From contig JAQGDQ010000957.1 of NCBI GenBank assembly GCA_030141605.1, positions 1 to 64,000 of the forward strand: 64,000 bases of DNA. The letters are read 5' to 3'. This DNA comes from Tubiluchus corallicola. Lineage: Eukaryota; Animalia; Priapulida. The position numbers and the translations under genes are program-made. Below, in pieces: positions 24,401 through 36,541 of the stretch (within the stretch, counting starts at the first letter, position 1; each line of letters opens with the position of its first letter). The notes under the pieces are model-generated. The model ran no database searches, was not told the DNA's origin, and saw nothing but the letters and a program-made list of their open reading frames with translations.

Positions 24401-26466
24401 GAAAGTATGCTTTAAATAGATTTTGACTTGCATTTCTGGAGAAAAATCACTCGACAAAAATGATTGCTTAAACACAAACAAAAGTGTCGTAAAATTATGT
24501 TTCGTACGTATATAAAATAGTGGCATTTCAGCAGTTTAGTATCTAAACCAGCATAAAATTTCAAGGAATTCTTTGTGTGCTTGCAAACCAGAACCGTCTA
24601 TAAGTCGGCATTCGTTATGATGTTTCAGAGTAGAAATAGCCAAAAATTTAGTCAAATGTCAATTTTTTTGTTTTCTATAAAAACAAACTCTAAACATACT
24701 GGGCTTTTTATATTCTAGCATCAAATTATCAAGAAAATGTGCACAAAATATTAAAAATCTAATTTTATAACCGCGTACCTACTTTTCTGGCTAGAAACAA
24801 GTACTGATTTACAGAAAAACTTGTATTTTCAAACTCTGAAAATAGCTCATAGAAGCAGTCATTTTGCATCAGATTTTTTTGTTGTTAAGCCCAAATCTTT
24901 GTCAGGAAAAGCCTGGATTTAAACATAACTTCAATGTGTTCTTGCAAAGTTTGTAGCAACCAACAGTTGTACCGTTGTTAAGTGCTTTGAACAAATGCGA
25001 CAAAAAACAATGGCTAACTTTAACAGAGAATTTCTCAAAGTATGTTTTACAATGCGTAGCGTGCACCTCATCTTCAACGTGGATTATCTCAGCTTAGAAA
25101 TAACATTTGAGCGATGAGCTTGGTATCAAAATGATCCTCATGAAATGCAGATTCAGGGTATGTGAATAACTAGAAAAGCTTAACTGCCGACTTATGGACG
25201 ATTTTGCTCAAGCACACATTATTTTGCTTATTTTTTTACGACAGTATATTGTACGAGGATTTTGCTAATCAAATATCCTCCTTAAATTTTTGGATGCAGT
25301 TCATTTACTTGGCTGATCAAACTTAACTGCATAAAGCTTCCTAGCATTTCCAAACAAAACCACAAGTAAAGTCAGTTTTTACCATTAGACAGTGAGTCCT
25401 TAATCTTTGCTGCCAACAGTAAATTCAAAATCAATGATTTCAAGGACACAATGCTGGAGTTCATCCATGACGCAGTCTGGAAAATAATCAAATCAATAAT
25501 AATAGTGAAGATTCCAATCAGCTCATACTAGAGTGATTGATCGTGATTTAAAATGCATACATTGTCTGGCAATGATGCACGTAATCAGTGTCATACAGAA
25601 TGCTACACAATGCATTTGAAGCCACTTACTTGCAAGCAGTAATTAGTGACATAAGTAATTGTAAAACAAAAATTGATTGAATTTGAAAATGTCTAATACA
25701 AAATATTTTGATTAGCAAATGAATAAACCCAGATTTATTATTTTTTAAAATAAATCTGGTTGAAAACGAAGCACAAGCCGTGATTCAAACCAGGATATTT
25801 TTGTTACAAGCCAAAAATCTTTGTCAAAACAGGGAAAGTTTTGGTCATAAAAATAATCTATTTCTATCTTGATTAGCAAATGAGTTTTTGTGAAGTAATT
25901 TTTAAAACAAACGTTGCTGTTTCTGCTTATAAATTCGCACATCAATTTTTTTATCACAAGCACTTAAAACATTTATAGTTAAAACAAGACAACTTTATTA
26001 TAACTTTTAATTCACATAATTAAAAATCATGCCAAATGAATTGCTCTACATTAAATGGAGTGGCCAGACTCTAGGACTTCTCTGGACCTGGCTTATTATC
26101 AATATCAGTGAACCAGCAGACATATCTTAACCAAGCTTGATATGTCTGCTCCTCCTTTTATGAAGTACGCGGTCACAATCAGTACAGCAAACAAAACCAA
26201 CATAAGCAAGCATTAAAGGCAACCACCCATGCATTCACTACCGAGCTTATCATTGCTTAACTTCGATAGCAAAGCATATAAATTAGACCACTTGTTATTT
26301 CCCACCTAAAGAGATAAATCAAGAAGTATGTGGTTCTATAAAAGGCATCTTTACTTTTGAATTTACATCATGTAAGTATAAGTAATAAAAATGTTTTTAC
26401 ATACAGATAGGTAATTACTAGAAAGTTTACAAGCTGGCAAGTAAAACTTATACTTCTACAAATACT

Positions 26467-26541
<75 letters not shown>

Positions 26542-26926
26542 TTATTTGGAAGTGTAAATACAAGTACAATATCAAGAAACACTGGGAAAAAAAATAGATA
26601 TTAATAATAATGATTATATGACAGCGTGCATATAATAAATGGCAAGAACCAGAACTAAAACTTGTTAGGTGCTTGCACCATTATAAACACGTCCAAATAA
26701 TGAGAAAAAAGGACAAAAAAACGAAGGTTTTTAGGCAGTTTAAAAAAAGAGTTGTGCAAAGTAAGGATAGAAGTGATGGATAAAAGAATGTTCAAAAGGG
26801 TAGGAAGAGTGGCTGGTGGAGATTCGGCTCATGAGATGACGAAGCATTCTGGATTCTACTAAAAAAGAACACAAAGTTGTGACGGTTGTGTCGCACAGGA
26901 ACAGTAGGTGGTTATCAAGACTAGTT

Positions 26927-26957
<31 letters not shown>

Positions 26958-29900
26958 ACTTTAGCCTTAATAGTACACAAACTGCAAAATTTAAACAACT
27001 TATCTGTTTCTTAACACGTGTATGCATGTAATTACCAAATGCATTTTTATTGTAAAATTTAAGGGTCATCATTTTGAATTGTTGTATCCACTAGTATAAA
27101 TACTTGCTGCCAGAATGCCTACAAGTTAATGATGCTAAAATGTGGCTCTCAGTGGAAAAATTACTCACCGAGTTGTTTGGTTTAACTGCAATTAGAGTAA
27201 CAGAATTGGCAAGTTCTTCTTCTGAAAGGTCCCCGAAGAGCTTTCTTGCTGAGTACAAAGACTGCTGTCATGAAAAGAAGAAGATTCAAGTTTAGATTTA
27301 ACAAAGTCCTGGCAAGTTTAAAAACATTAATGCAAATATATATGAAACACGTATTGTTACTAGTGAACATTGGCGGCTCGTGTATGGGTGCCATGGAACT
27401 GCAGCACCCCCTACATTAACTCAATGTTGTTGATAATATTCAATATAATAAGTCTTTTCTTTAGTTTTTTCTTTATACTTTTATGGAACCAGAGCACATG
27501 ATGGTAGTACTGATTGCTCCACACCTCAACACAGTGGTGTTTGGCTGTTGTTGGCCATGATGCACGCTGCACTGCCAGCGTCTGCTGCTAGATAGAGAAA
27601 GCACTGTCGCTCACACAGTTTGTCGTCAGTTATCACTTGCTTAAAAACCGTGTACCGGCATATTCTTGAACTGCGGCAATTTAGGCCACCCGTAAGCAAA
27701 AAATTTTTTGTTTAGGATTTTGTCAAGTCTACATATAAATTTTTGTACGTTTGTTTAAAATTACAATTACAAATTATAACATTAAAATTACACGTTTGTT
27801 TCGTTTTACACAGTATTAAAACAATGGATAAAAATTTTCTGAAGCAGCACCACCACTAATTTTAACTCCAGGCTGCCACTGCTAGTGAATGCATTTATTA
27901 ATTATGTGTAGTTTATATGGTACAGCTTATTTTGCACCCTATGCATGCAAATAAATGTTAAATCTCATTATTATGTGTATGGGAAATATGTAGTATGCAT
28001 AAGATGTTAAAGAACAATTACGGCACATAATCTTATAGAAAAATGAATTAGATCAAGTATTATTGCAGTAATAAAGAACCTAAGATTTTCATAATTTTCT
28101 GTTAACATTTATGGTGTGGATACGAAGGCTGAATGATTATGGCAATGTTAAGCAGGTAGCGAATTTAGTTCGTAAAAGTGAACAATTCAAAGTCTACAGA
28201 AATGATACATAAGATCATTTCTCATGACTTGTGTTAGAAACAGTGTAAGAACACACATGATACTATAGACTATATTCAGTGATTCAAGATCAAAGAGAAA
28301 GGGCGTTTAAGCGTTCCGGTGTTTATGGGTCTTATGGTAACATGGCATATCAGGCTTAACTTGCTTAGCAATAATTTGAAACATGGAGAAACATTGTAAC
28401 TGCTGACTAATGCTTACCTTAGAGCACTAATTGTTTTAATTATCAAATAATAATAATAAGAAATAATAGACATCATAAGTGTCCAATAAGTGTAAACAGC
28501 AAAAATTTCTATAGCATTCCATGTAAACTTGACAGATTATGGACACAAAATCTAAAAAAAGAACTATTATTGAAACTTAATTACCTGAAGAGTTGATGAT
28601 GCTGTGGTAGACGACACTATCCTGGTGGCATCTGTAGTTGAGGTGGATTTAGCTGGTTTAGTGGAAACAGGTAATGGCCATAAAAAAGGTAATGACGATG
28701 GTTTTGTTACACTGACAATAGGATGTCCAAACTGTGGAGTTATACTTGATGGTGAAATATTTGGAGGTTGTGAAACCGTAGGTGTATTATTAAAGTTATT
28801 TGGTATACCTGATAAAGTTTTAGATTCTTTGATTAATGTGACAGTTGTTGACGAAGAATCCCAAACTATTGATGAAAGTGCAAAACTAGTCTTACTATCA
28901 GCAATTGTTGAAGGCAGCATTACTGATGTAGTATTTGCCTGAAAACTTTCACCTGTCGATAATTGGGGAAGAGTGCTTGCTTCCAAAGATGGCGTTTTCA
29001 ATGTACTTGTTTCAGAATAATGCAATTCGTGCAACATGCTAGTCTGAAGAAACGGTATGGACTGTGTGCTTGTTAATGATGAGCTGCTTTGTGTCCACAA
29101 ATTCCCATTCATTTGTGAAGCAGCAACTAAAGATGAGGTTGTTACAGTTGAGCTAACTAAGCTGTGAGTACTACTTTCCAAAGGAGTTTGCATTGACCTA
29201 TTGTCAGTGGTGCCATCTTTAGTGGAAGAACTAATAACAGCAGTAACAGCTGACACTTCTGACAATGATGACAGAGAGTGTTTTGAAGTGTTTGTCAAGG
29301 TAGAATATAAGACTGTCTCGTTGGGTTGCTCCACACTTTTAGTAGGAAATGACGCTGCAGTAGAGTATAATATGGAGTCTTGGCTACTTAATTTTGAAAA
29401 TCTGCTGCCCATAGATGTTGAACTAAGAAATGAAGATCTAGAAACAGTTGTTGGCTCAATGTCTGATTCACCTTGGTGATGTACAGTTTCTAGTAAAGTT
29501 ATTTCATTGCAGCAGGCTGTCATCGAAGAAGGTTGCAAGGTTTGTGAAAATTTAGCCGTATGGGATCTACTGTCATATTGAAACTCTCCTGGTAAGACTG
29601 TTTGCATTTGGTCTTCTTGCTCCGAAGAACCAACCGTTGATGACACACTGTGTCGAACGTTAGATAATGGAGTAACTTGATTATACTGCACTGTTTCTGA
29701 TACACTATTCAAAGTGTTATATTCAGACGGCATCACCTGAATGCTGTAAGCATTTGGAGTTTTTGTAGTATCATTATTTTCTACGTTGATGGGTGAGATT
29801 ACAATAGTACCATGCACAGGAAAGCCTGTAACAGCAGCTTCTGTAAAATTTGACAACCTTTGCTCTTCTATTGACATACTATCAGCTAGAGTTTCCTTTA

Positions 29901-32900
29901 TTATAGCTGCAGTAGTATCTTTGCTGTCTTGCAATGTTACTAAACTTTCAAAGTGAAATTCTTGACCACTTTCTGATGTAACTGTCACAGCCGTCAAAAC
30001 ATCCACAGCTGAGTCATTATAAATTGTACCATTAATCAAATTTGCTTGCATGGGTGTTCTGAAGTCAGAATCTGTCACTTGGCTTTCATTGAAGCCTATT
30101 TCTGTGTGTACTGATGTTTCAGCGCTCTGTTGTTTTGTGCTCTCTGGAACACCATGAACAGGAAATGTGATGTCTGGAATCAAAGAATGTTCTGTCATAG
30201 TGGTCACTGAAGAGGTACTACCAGCAGTTGAAATATACGTGTCTCTTTCTTTATTTGTTGAAATGGCATCAGTAAATTTTGTGTCTGGTAGAAGAGGTTG
30301 ATCAGATAAAGTGATACGAGAAGAAATATCGCCTGTCATTGTTACACTTGATGTGTAATCTATTTGTTGTTCATTTACAGTCAAAGATGAAAGAATGACG
30401 CTAGTATTTGGAGATAAAGAACTATTAAAAAAACTTACAAGTGGTGATTCACTGCTTTTAGTGATAGTCATAATAGTAGTAGTGTTATTAGTTACAAATT
30501 CTGTGTTAGACAGTATAATTTCAGCACTAGTATTAGTAATATCAGTCCACCTCTCTAAAGTAGTAATAGCCGGAGAAGTTTCAGCAGGAACTACATTACT
30601 CATTTTCGATACGTTGACAATAAAAGGGACTTGTGAGGTAATCAAAGTAGTATTTTTCCCATCAGTGGTAGTTTCAAAGGCATGTTCAAGCAAAGTGACA
30701 TGCGGTACACTCACACCAGTTACTGCATTGGCAATTTCTTGTTGTGTTGGCATGGGAGTTGTATCAGAAATATTCATGGAAAGATTTGTGATAAGTGGAG
30801 AAGCTTCTTTGCTTGTTGTAGAACTGAGGCCATCTGTTGCCAGAGCTAGATCCTCAGTTTCAGTAGACATAATATGAGGCAAAACTGTGTGAGTGGGTCC
30901 ACTGCCCTTCACTGTTTCTGTATATCTACCTCCCTGCTCTGTAGCTACTGAAGTTACTTCAAGAGTATTTTCAAAAAGATGGGAATCACTTGGCAGAATG
31001 ATAAATGGTCCTGTAGCTTCTGGATGTGGTGAATCAGATTCCTCCCCCTCATCTGAAGAAAATATAGCACTTTCTGTGCTACTTATCATGAATGCTGTAT
31101 TAGAAATTTCTGGTTCTGTTGTCTGTATAATTCGTGTTTCACCTTCAACATCAGCAAGCAGAGAGTGCTGAACTGTTCTCGGTAGAGTTGTCTGGGTACT
31201 GTCAAAACTAAGAGACAAAGAACTGTATCCTGATTTCTCAGATACAGGAAAATCGAGGCCACTACTTGTTGTCATAGCAGTTGATGAACCGTGGGTCTTT
31301 CCTCCTGCTTCTGTAGGAATTGGAATAGGTAGGCTGTCATGAGTAAGTGGTGAAAACAAATGTGGAAATGTGGTTGATGTGACACCTGGTAGTGATGCAG
31401 TTGATGTCATTTCTGAAATTACATGTGGAGATGTAGTTGATACGACATCTGACGTCTCAGATGCAGATGTAGTTGATGTGGAATCCAAGATCATATGTGG
31501 AGATGTATTTGACATTATAGATGAGCTGTCAGGTGGAAAAGTAGTTAAAGTGGAGATTTCAAGAGGTACTGAAGCTGTCCTGATATCTGAGCTCACGTGT
31601 GGAGCTATACTGGACATGACAGCTGAGATTTCATGTGGAGATGCTGTTATCATGATATCTGAAAAATTACCATTTGAAATAGCATCTGATACATTTTGTG
31701 GAAGTCCAGTTGATCTTACATCTAAGAGCTCATATGGAGAAGTAGTATTTGTGTTAAGTGACATCTCACGTGGAGATGTAGTGATGATATCTGTGAAATT
31801 TCGTAGAAATGAAGTTGATTTGACATCTGTGTCATCAGACAAAAATACAGATGTTGTTGATGTAACATTTTGGATCTCATGTTGTGTTGAAGTTGAAGCA
31901 ACAGTTGAGGCCTCAAACTGGGGTGTCATTGATGTAACAGATGGAAGCTCATTCGGCACGGTAGTTGAAACGAACTGTGATATTTCACGTGGAGAAGTAG
32001 ACGATGTGACATTTGAAATCTCATGTGAAGACATAGAAGAAATGCTACCCAAAATCTTATGAAGAGAAACAGACGAAACAAAATCTGTGATCTGTGAAGC
32101 TGTAGCTAACGTAATATCTGAGGTATCACGTGTAGCTGTAATTGATGTGAAATCTGAGCTCTCCCGAGGAGATAGAGTTGATGTGTCATAGGATCGCTGA
32201 TATCCATCAAGAATACTTGTAACCGCATCAGTGGACAAATCATCTGCAGCCCGTATTGTTTCTGTAGTTAACACATGAGTATCTTCCAAGCTTGATGATG
32301 TAAACTGACTAAACTCAGCAGTTTGTGGTGACGTAAACTCACTTTCGATATATGAGGCAACTGAAGCTTTGGTAGTTTTTTCTGACTCCTCATTTGAAGT
32401 TGTAAATGTAATATTTGGAGTAACGGGGAAATTCCAGTAGTCTGTAAAGTTGTGTTGGAGATCGGTTATTAAGTTTACTACAGATGATGACAATGACGTC
32501 TGATTATTGCCATGTACTTGCTGTAGTGAGGTAGTCATTGGCAGCTGTTGGTTTATAGTATTAGTTAAATTAAAAACAGTTTGTGTAAATTGCTGCAGCA
32601 TTAATTCAGAATAAGAGTTCTCCTGCGTAGACATAGGCTGCGTGGATGTGAAAGACACATTTCCTGCACTTGTATCTTCACTTGCGTTGATTTTTTGCAC
32701 CTGTTTTTGTTGATTTACTGTAGTAAGTTGATCTTGTGTAGATTCAGAATATCCAAAAGTTTGTGTAGGTACAGGCTTTGTAGGGAAGGACAATAGAGAT
32801 GAATTCACCGAAGACAGTGTCCATTGGCTGTCACCATAGGAATAAAGAACTGGTCTTCTAGAAACTAAAATAATAAGAAGTAACAAGACCTGTCAGTGCA

Positions 32901-34308
32901 GTCATACATACTGCATTAGCAGTAATTTTATTTTTGTTCAATAAAAGCACTAGTCTTGTTACATTTTTTGGGATCAAAACTACAATAAGTGCTACATAGA
33001 AAAACACATAGCAACTAGTAAATTGCCAAATCTACTTGCTGAAGTTGTACTTTTCTATCATTAAGCTGCAGAACTCGAGGTTAAAAGCTATGGCATCTAT
33101 TATAAAACACGATTAGTTTGAAATTTGCTAAGCCCTGCAAAGAGCTAAAGAGCCAAAGAAAATAATTAGTAAACTAACACAATAAGCGAATATGTTTTGT
33201 TAAAAGCTTTCGAAAAGGCATGAAATCGGATTACTATTAGCACTGAGATACTTTTCAAGCAGACAATTTATCAAAACATTAGGCCTACACAATAGGATTT
33301 TCATAAGGTATGCTTTTGAGCAAATATAAAGTAGTGTATAATGCACAAATGGAATATGGAGTCATAGTGAATTTACCTGTGCCAGACTCACTACTTGTAC
33401 GCACTCTGGGACTGGGTGTTGTAACTGTTGTTGAAGTAGTCGTTGTTTTTTCGCGTAGACCAACGCCCCAGAAACTAATTTGAATTTCACTTGATGCTAA
33501 ACCTGTTTGTAGAATTAAATAACAAAAAAAAAACTAGTGAAATAAACAAGAAAGAACATGCAGCTTTAAAGGAAGACAGGACGATTGTTTATACTCAATC
33601 TTATTTTATTTTACTGTCCAAAATATACATTTTCTTGTCTATAAAAGTTAACAATTGTTTCTTATATTTGAATAATTAGCTTAGAAAGTTGATTAACGGC
33701 AACCGAACACAGCTATCGCTTACATCAGAAACCAACCACAGTTTGTGCAATGGCAGGCGTCTTCCCTTGCGTGTCAAGCACATTTGCATAGGTGTTACAA
33801 TACTGCTTCAACGCATGATGTCATGAAAAATGGGCTTTACATCATATGACGTCATGAAACTAACACAGCAATACCGCCTTCTATTTGTCGGCCACGCGAA
33901 TGTGACAAAAAGGCGCCGCTGCCAATCTTAGTAGATTCACTGAGCCGCGCATAGCTTTGAAAGTTTAATGAAATTTAAGTATCCGAGGTAATTATTATTT
34001 AATTTAAGCTTTGATTTAAAAAAGCTATTGTAGTTTTCAATATTTTAGAGCATTCTTTATTCTGAACTCGCGTTTACACAATCGTTCGGTTTTCCTTTAA
34101 GTACCTTAAAATATAAATGCTCTTGAATATAGTTTTTTACCTATAGAAGCCTTTCACTGAATAATTAAAATAACATATGCATCGTTAAAGGATACATCTT
34201 GCTAAAGCAGGGTTTAGTTAGCAACTTTATATTCTTACCAAATGTACAGTAGCACCAAAACAACAACTGTTCAGTATAAAACCGTTTATACAGCTTTGTC
34301 TTTGACAT
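18286..34308 (-). CDS. Podocalyxin/CD34-family-like single-pass sialomucin, about 1770 aa. Coding exons: 34308-34239, 33502-33377, 32864-28585, 27261-27169, 25476-25383, 23547-23377, 22140-22070, 21207-20977, 18462-18286
   Basis: All nine exons have AG/GT boundaries with compatible phases (1,1,0,0,1,1,0,0) and sum to 5313 nt with no internal stop. There is an in-frame stop upstream of the ATG. Architecture is signal-like N-terminus, Ser/Thr mucin, globular stalk, TM helix, and a tail ending WIVPLED...DTHL. Confidence 0.8.
18640..19046 (-). mobile_element. Non-autonomous DNA-transposon-like repeat (other copies at about 40251-40650 and 63622-64000)
   Basis: Shared blocks such as AAAGTGAAAATTGA.GTAC, CCTGTTTTT and GCGCTAGTGCCCATCTAACTAG. 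Two copies begin right after TTAA, suggesting Kolobok/piggyBac-type targeting (inference). Confidence 0.7.
20160..20278 (+). rRNA. 5S rRNA-derived sequence (SINE head, not a canonical 5S gene)
   Basis: CTACGACCATATCATGTTGAAAAC...GATCACCGAAGTTAAGCAAC...GGTTAGTACTTGGATGGGTGACCGCCT...GGTGCTGTAGGCTT, with box A and box C intact and no oligo-T terminator after it. Confidence 0.9.
20160..20691 (+). mobile_element. 5S rRNA-derived SINE (SINE3) with an RTE-like body and 3' tail
   Basis: Near full-length 5S head, no T4 run, GC-richer body, 3' stem-loop TGTCTT-CCG-AAGACA then GGATGCCAACA. 11-bp TSD ATACAGGCAGA (20149-20159, 20692-20702). Empty site at 47039-47060. Confidence 0.88.
20977..21207 (-). 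CDS. Transmembrane exon of the sialomucin
   Basis: Acceptor TTTTCTAG, donor AAG/GTATGT. Reads VGLNVTGIYPGIP...HSLLIITLLISVTVILVLMIVCLMWVRYRRHSGSWDRK. Confidence 0.85.
21269..21655 (+). mobile_element. Truncated copy of the hAT MITE at 27368-27881
   Basis: Starts CAGCGGCGGCTCGTG and is colinear with the 27368 copy; the right TIR is not seen. Confidence 0.75.
22942..23324. mobile_element. MITE with CAGGGTTCC TIRs and TTCCCTGACTTT subterminal repeats
   Basis: CAGGGTTCC (22942) and GGAACCCTG (ends 23324); TSD not clean. Confidence 0.7.
23665..23965 (+). mobile_element. LINE 3' fragment with a C-terminal zinc-knuckle motif and an internal 3 x 30-bp tandem
   Basis: CNLDEIEDETHLLLRC matches the C..C....EDE.H....C motif at LINE ORF2 ends; the tandem lies at about 23765-23855. 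Confidence 0.7.
24574..25218. mobile_element. About 645-bp TIR element
   Basis: Imperfect TIRs of about 35 bp: TGTGTGCTTG...CGTCTATAAGTCGGCA and TGCCGACTTATGGACG...CAAGCACACA. Confidence 0.6.
26468..26540. repeat. (TAA)n microsatellite
   Basis: Seen directly in the sequence. Confidence 0.95.
27368..27881 (+). mobile_element. hAT-type MITE
   Basis: Ends CATTGGCGGC / GCTGCCACTG; perfect 8-bp TSD CTAGTGAA (27360-27367, 27882-27889). Confidence 0.88.
28585..32864 (-). CDS. Giant 4280-nt Ser/Thr-rich mucin exon of the sialomucin
   Basis: Lies within the 1439-codon ORF. In-frame acceptor TTATTTTAG at 32865 and donor CAG/GTAATT at 28584. Very S/T-rich, with many NxS/T sequons. Confidence 0.9.
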
Positions 34309-35716
34309 CTTTTCCTTTACGGCCAGTTAATACAGAAACTGTAAATAAAATAAAAATTCAAGACTGCTGAAGAACTGACAAAATCAAATTAGATATTATT
34401 TTTAATAATAAAGTTCATCTTATTGCACAGGACAAATTAGTACACAAATTCTAACTTATACATCAAGTATTGCATTAAAACGTGAATTCAAATCAAACGT
34501 TTGGTGGAAAGCCTCCATTTTAAATGGAACAATAAATTTGAACAGAAATAAAATGCAAAATTGCTAATGAATATATGAAACGAAATTGTCCAAACTTACC
34601 TTAATGCAACCTACCTAAATGCAAATTGAACCTTAGAGAATTACCTATTGGCCAATAACTATTTTACATCAAATATACACGACCAAATTGTGCTGCTTTT
34701 TATTTAGCTTTTTAAGTTTTCTCTGAGGCTGTTGACAATTAGAACAAATAGTGGTTGGCAAAGTGTTGGAAAAATCATTTAAATGATTTTCACAGCATGA
34801 AAAATTGTTATTTAGTACAAGTGGTTGAATTTTCATATTTTGCTGTATAGAGATTAGAGGTCCATGTAGCTCTTAGTTTACGTCACTAGTGGCTTTTTGC
34901 ATCCTTGTAAATATTATTAATGTACTACCGGTAAGTATATTTTGCATCTTGTTCAGTAGATTATTATGTACATGTGTTTACTGCATATTTGCTTTGCATT
35001 TTGGACTAATATATAAAGTTATCCCACTAATGTTATTCGTCTCGATATGTTAATACTGCAACGTATTAGTCCATAGACTACTACTACTACTAGCCACTAA
35101 GGCCTACAACTCAGGTGATGTTTTGAAGATTATGAAGCACAGCCCATAATGCTTCTACTGATCATGAACCCCCGAAAGCTTAAATCTTATAGGCAAGCCT
35201 GATCAAATGCCATCAGTGTATACCAGTACGCTAACTACTATAAACTATCACTATAAGATAGTTATGATAGTATTTATTATTTTTATCATCTAAATTATTA
35301 TCTACATAACTCATTATAGCTGTATATAACTTATATACTAGTCAAGTACAGACTACCATACTATTATAGCTCATGTGGCCCAAATAATATAGCCTTCTAC
35401 AACCTAACATTTACTTCGACGTCACATAATTAAGCTAGTGTATCCAATAATAGTCACTTCTAATTGAATTTAACGTACAATTACTAAAATTAAAATTTAA
35501 TGTCAAAAAGAAAATCACAGCGCACAAGTGTTACACCGATTTAGCTGCAATTCCCAGAATCGTAGGCTTTTTTGCACCTTGCATTGCCATGGTTACGGAG
35601 TGCAAATTTGCCGAACCGCACGATTTCGAAATCATTGACGTGTGCTCCACTTTCCGCGTGCAGGCCCTATAGACGTTGACGGTCAGAATTATAATTCTAT
35701 ACCGTCGGCTAATCAG

Positions 35717-36156
35717 TAGGGGTGAGCATTCTCTACCAGAAAGTGAATTCGAATCGAACCGAATTTGTGACTTTCGAATTCGAATCGAACCGAACTTCAG
35801 CGTTTCGAAATCGAACCGAATTCGAATTGAGATTGAAAGATTTTCGAACAAGTTTTCGAACCACCATTAAAAATTAGTCTTACAAAGATCATGCATATCA
35901 CTAGATTTTGTTCTGCAATAAAACGACTAGTAATTTATTTAAAATTGTGCGCAGGAATCACAGCTAAATTATGCTAATTGCATGATGTTTCAATCGTTTT
36001 AGTGATAAAGAACATATGTGATTGAAGTGCTGAATTATTCGACTCTATAGTTTTGGATTCGAATCGAGTTCGAACTGAAAAAACTCGTTCGAATCGAATT
36101 CGAGTGTTCGAATTCGATTCGAACGTTCGAACTCGAACGTTCGATGCTCACCCCTA
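35717..36156 (-). mobile_element. hAT-type MITE (TTCGA-rich), copy A of a head-to-head pair
   Basis: Perfect 12-bp TIR TAGGGGTGAGCA / TGCTCACCCCTA; perfect 8-bp TSD CTAATCAG (35709-35716, 36157-36164). Confidence 0.92.
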
Positions 36157-36164
36157 CTAATCAG

Positions 36165-36541
36165 TACGGATGACCATCGAACGTTCGAGTTCGAACGTGC
36201 GAATTCGATTAGAATCTAAAATTATAGATCCGGATTCAGTACTTAAGCTGCATATGTTCTTTATCATTAAAATGTTTGAAACAGCATGCAAATAGCACAA
36301 TTTCGCTGCAGTTTCTGTGCAAAATTTTAGATAAATTAATAATGGTTTGACTGCGGAACAAAATCAAGTACTATGCGTGATCTTTATAAGATCACTTTTT
36401 ACTAGTGGTTCGAAAACTTGTTCGAAAATCTTTCACACTCAATTCGAATTCGAAATGCTGAAATTAGGTTCGATTCAAATTCGAAAGTCACAAATTCGAT
36501 TCGATTCGAATTTGTATTCTGGTAGGAAATGCTCACACCTA
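36165..36541 (+). mobile_element. hAT-type MITE, copy B in the opposite orientation
   Basis: Degenerate TIRs TACGGATGACCA / TGCTCACACCTA; flanked by CTAATCAG and TTAATCAG (36542-36549). Confidence 0.85.

Noticed and set aside
28604-32062. Val-rich plus-strand ORFs antisense to the mucin exon, and the antisense ORFs over ARPC1 and LRRN
   Set aside because: They are shadow frames of real coding sequence.
14616-34308. A functional cluster of ARPC1, the sialomucin and GALE (actin, glycocalyx, O-glycan precursor)
   Set aside because: Adjacency alone is not evidence in an animal genome; conserved microsynteny or co-expression would be needed.
35745-36510. Short TTCGA/TCGAA repeats suggesting a CRISPR-like array
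   Set aside because: They are subterminal repeats of a eukaryotic MITE, with no repeat-spacer periodicity and no cas genes.
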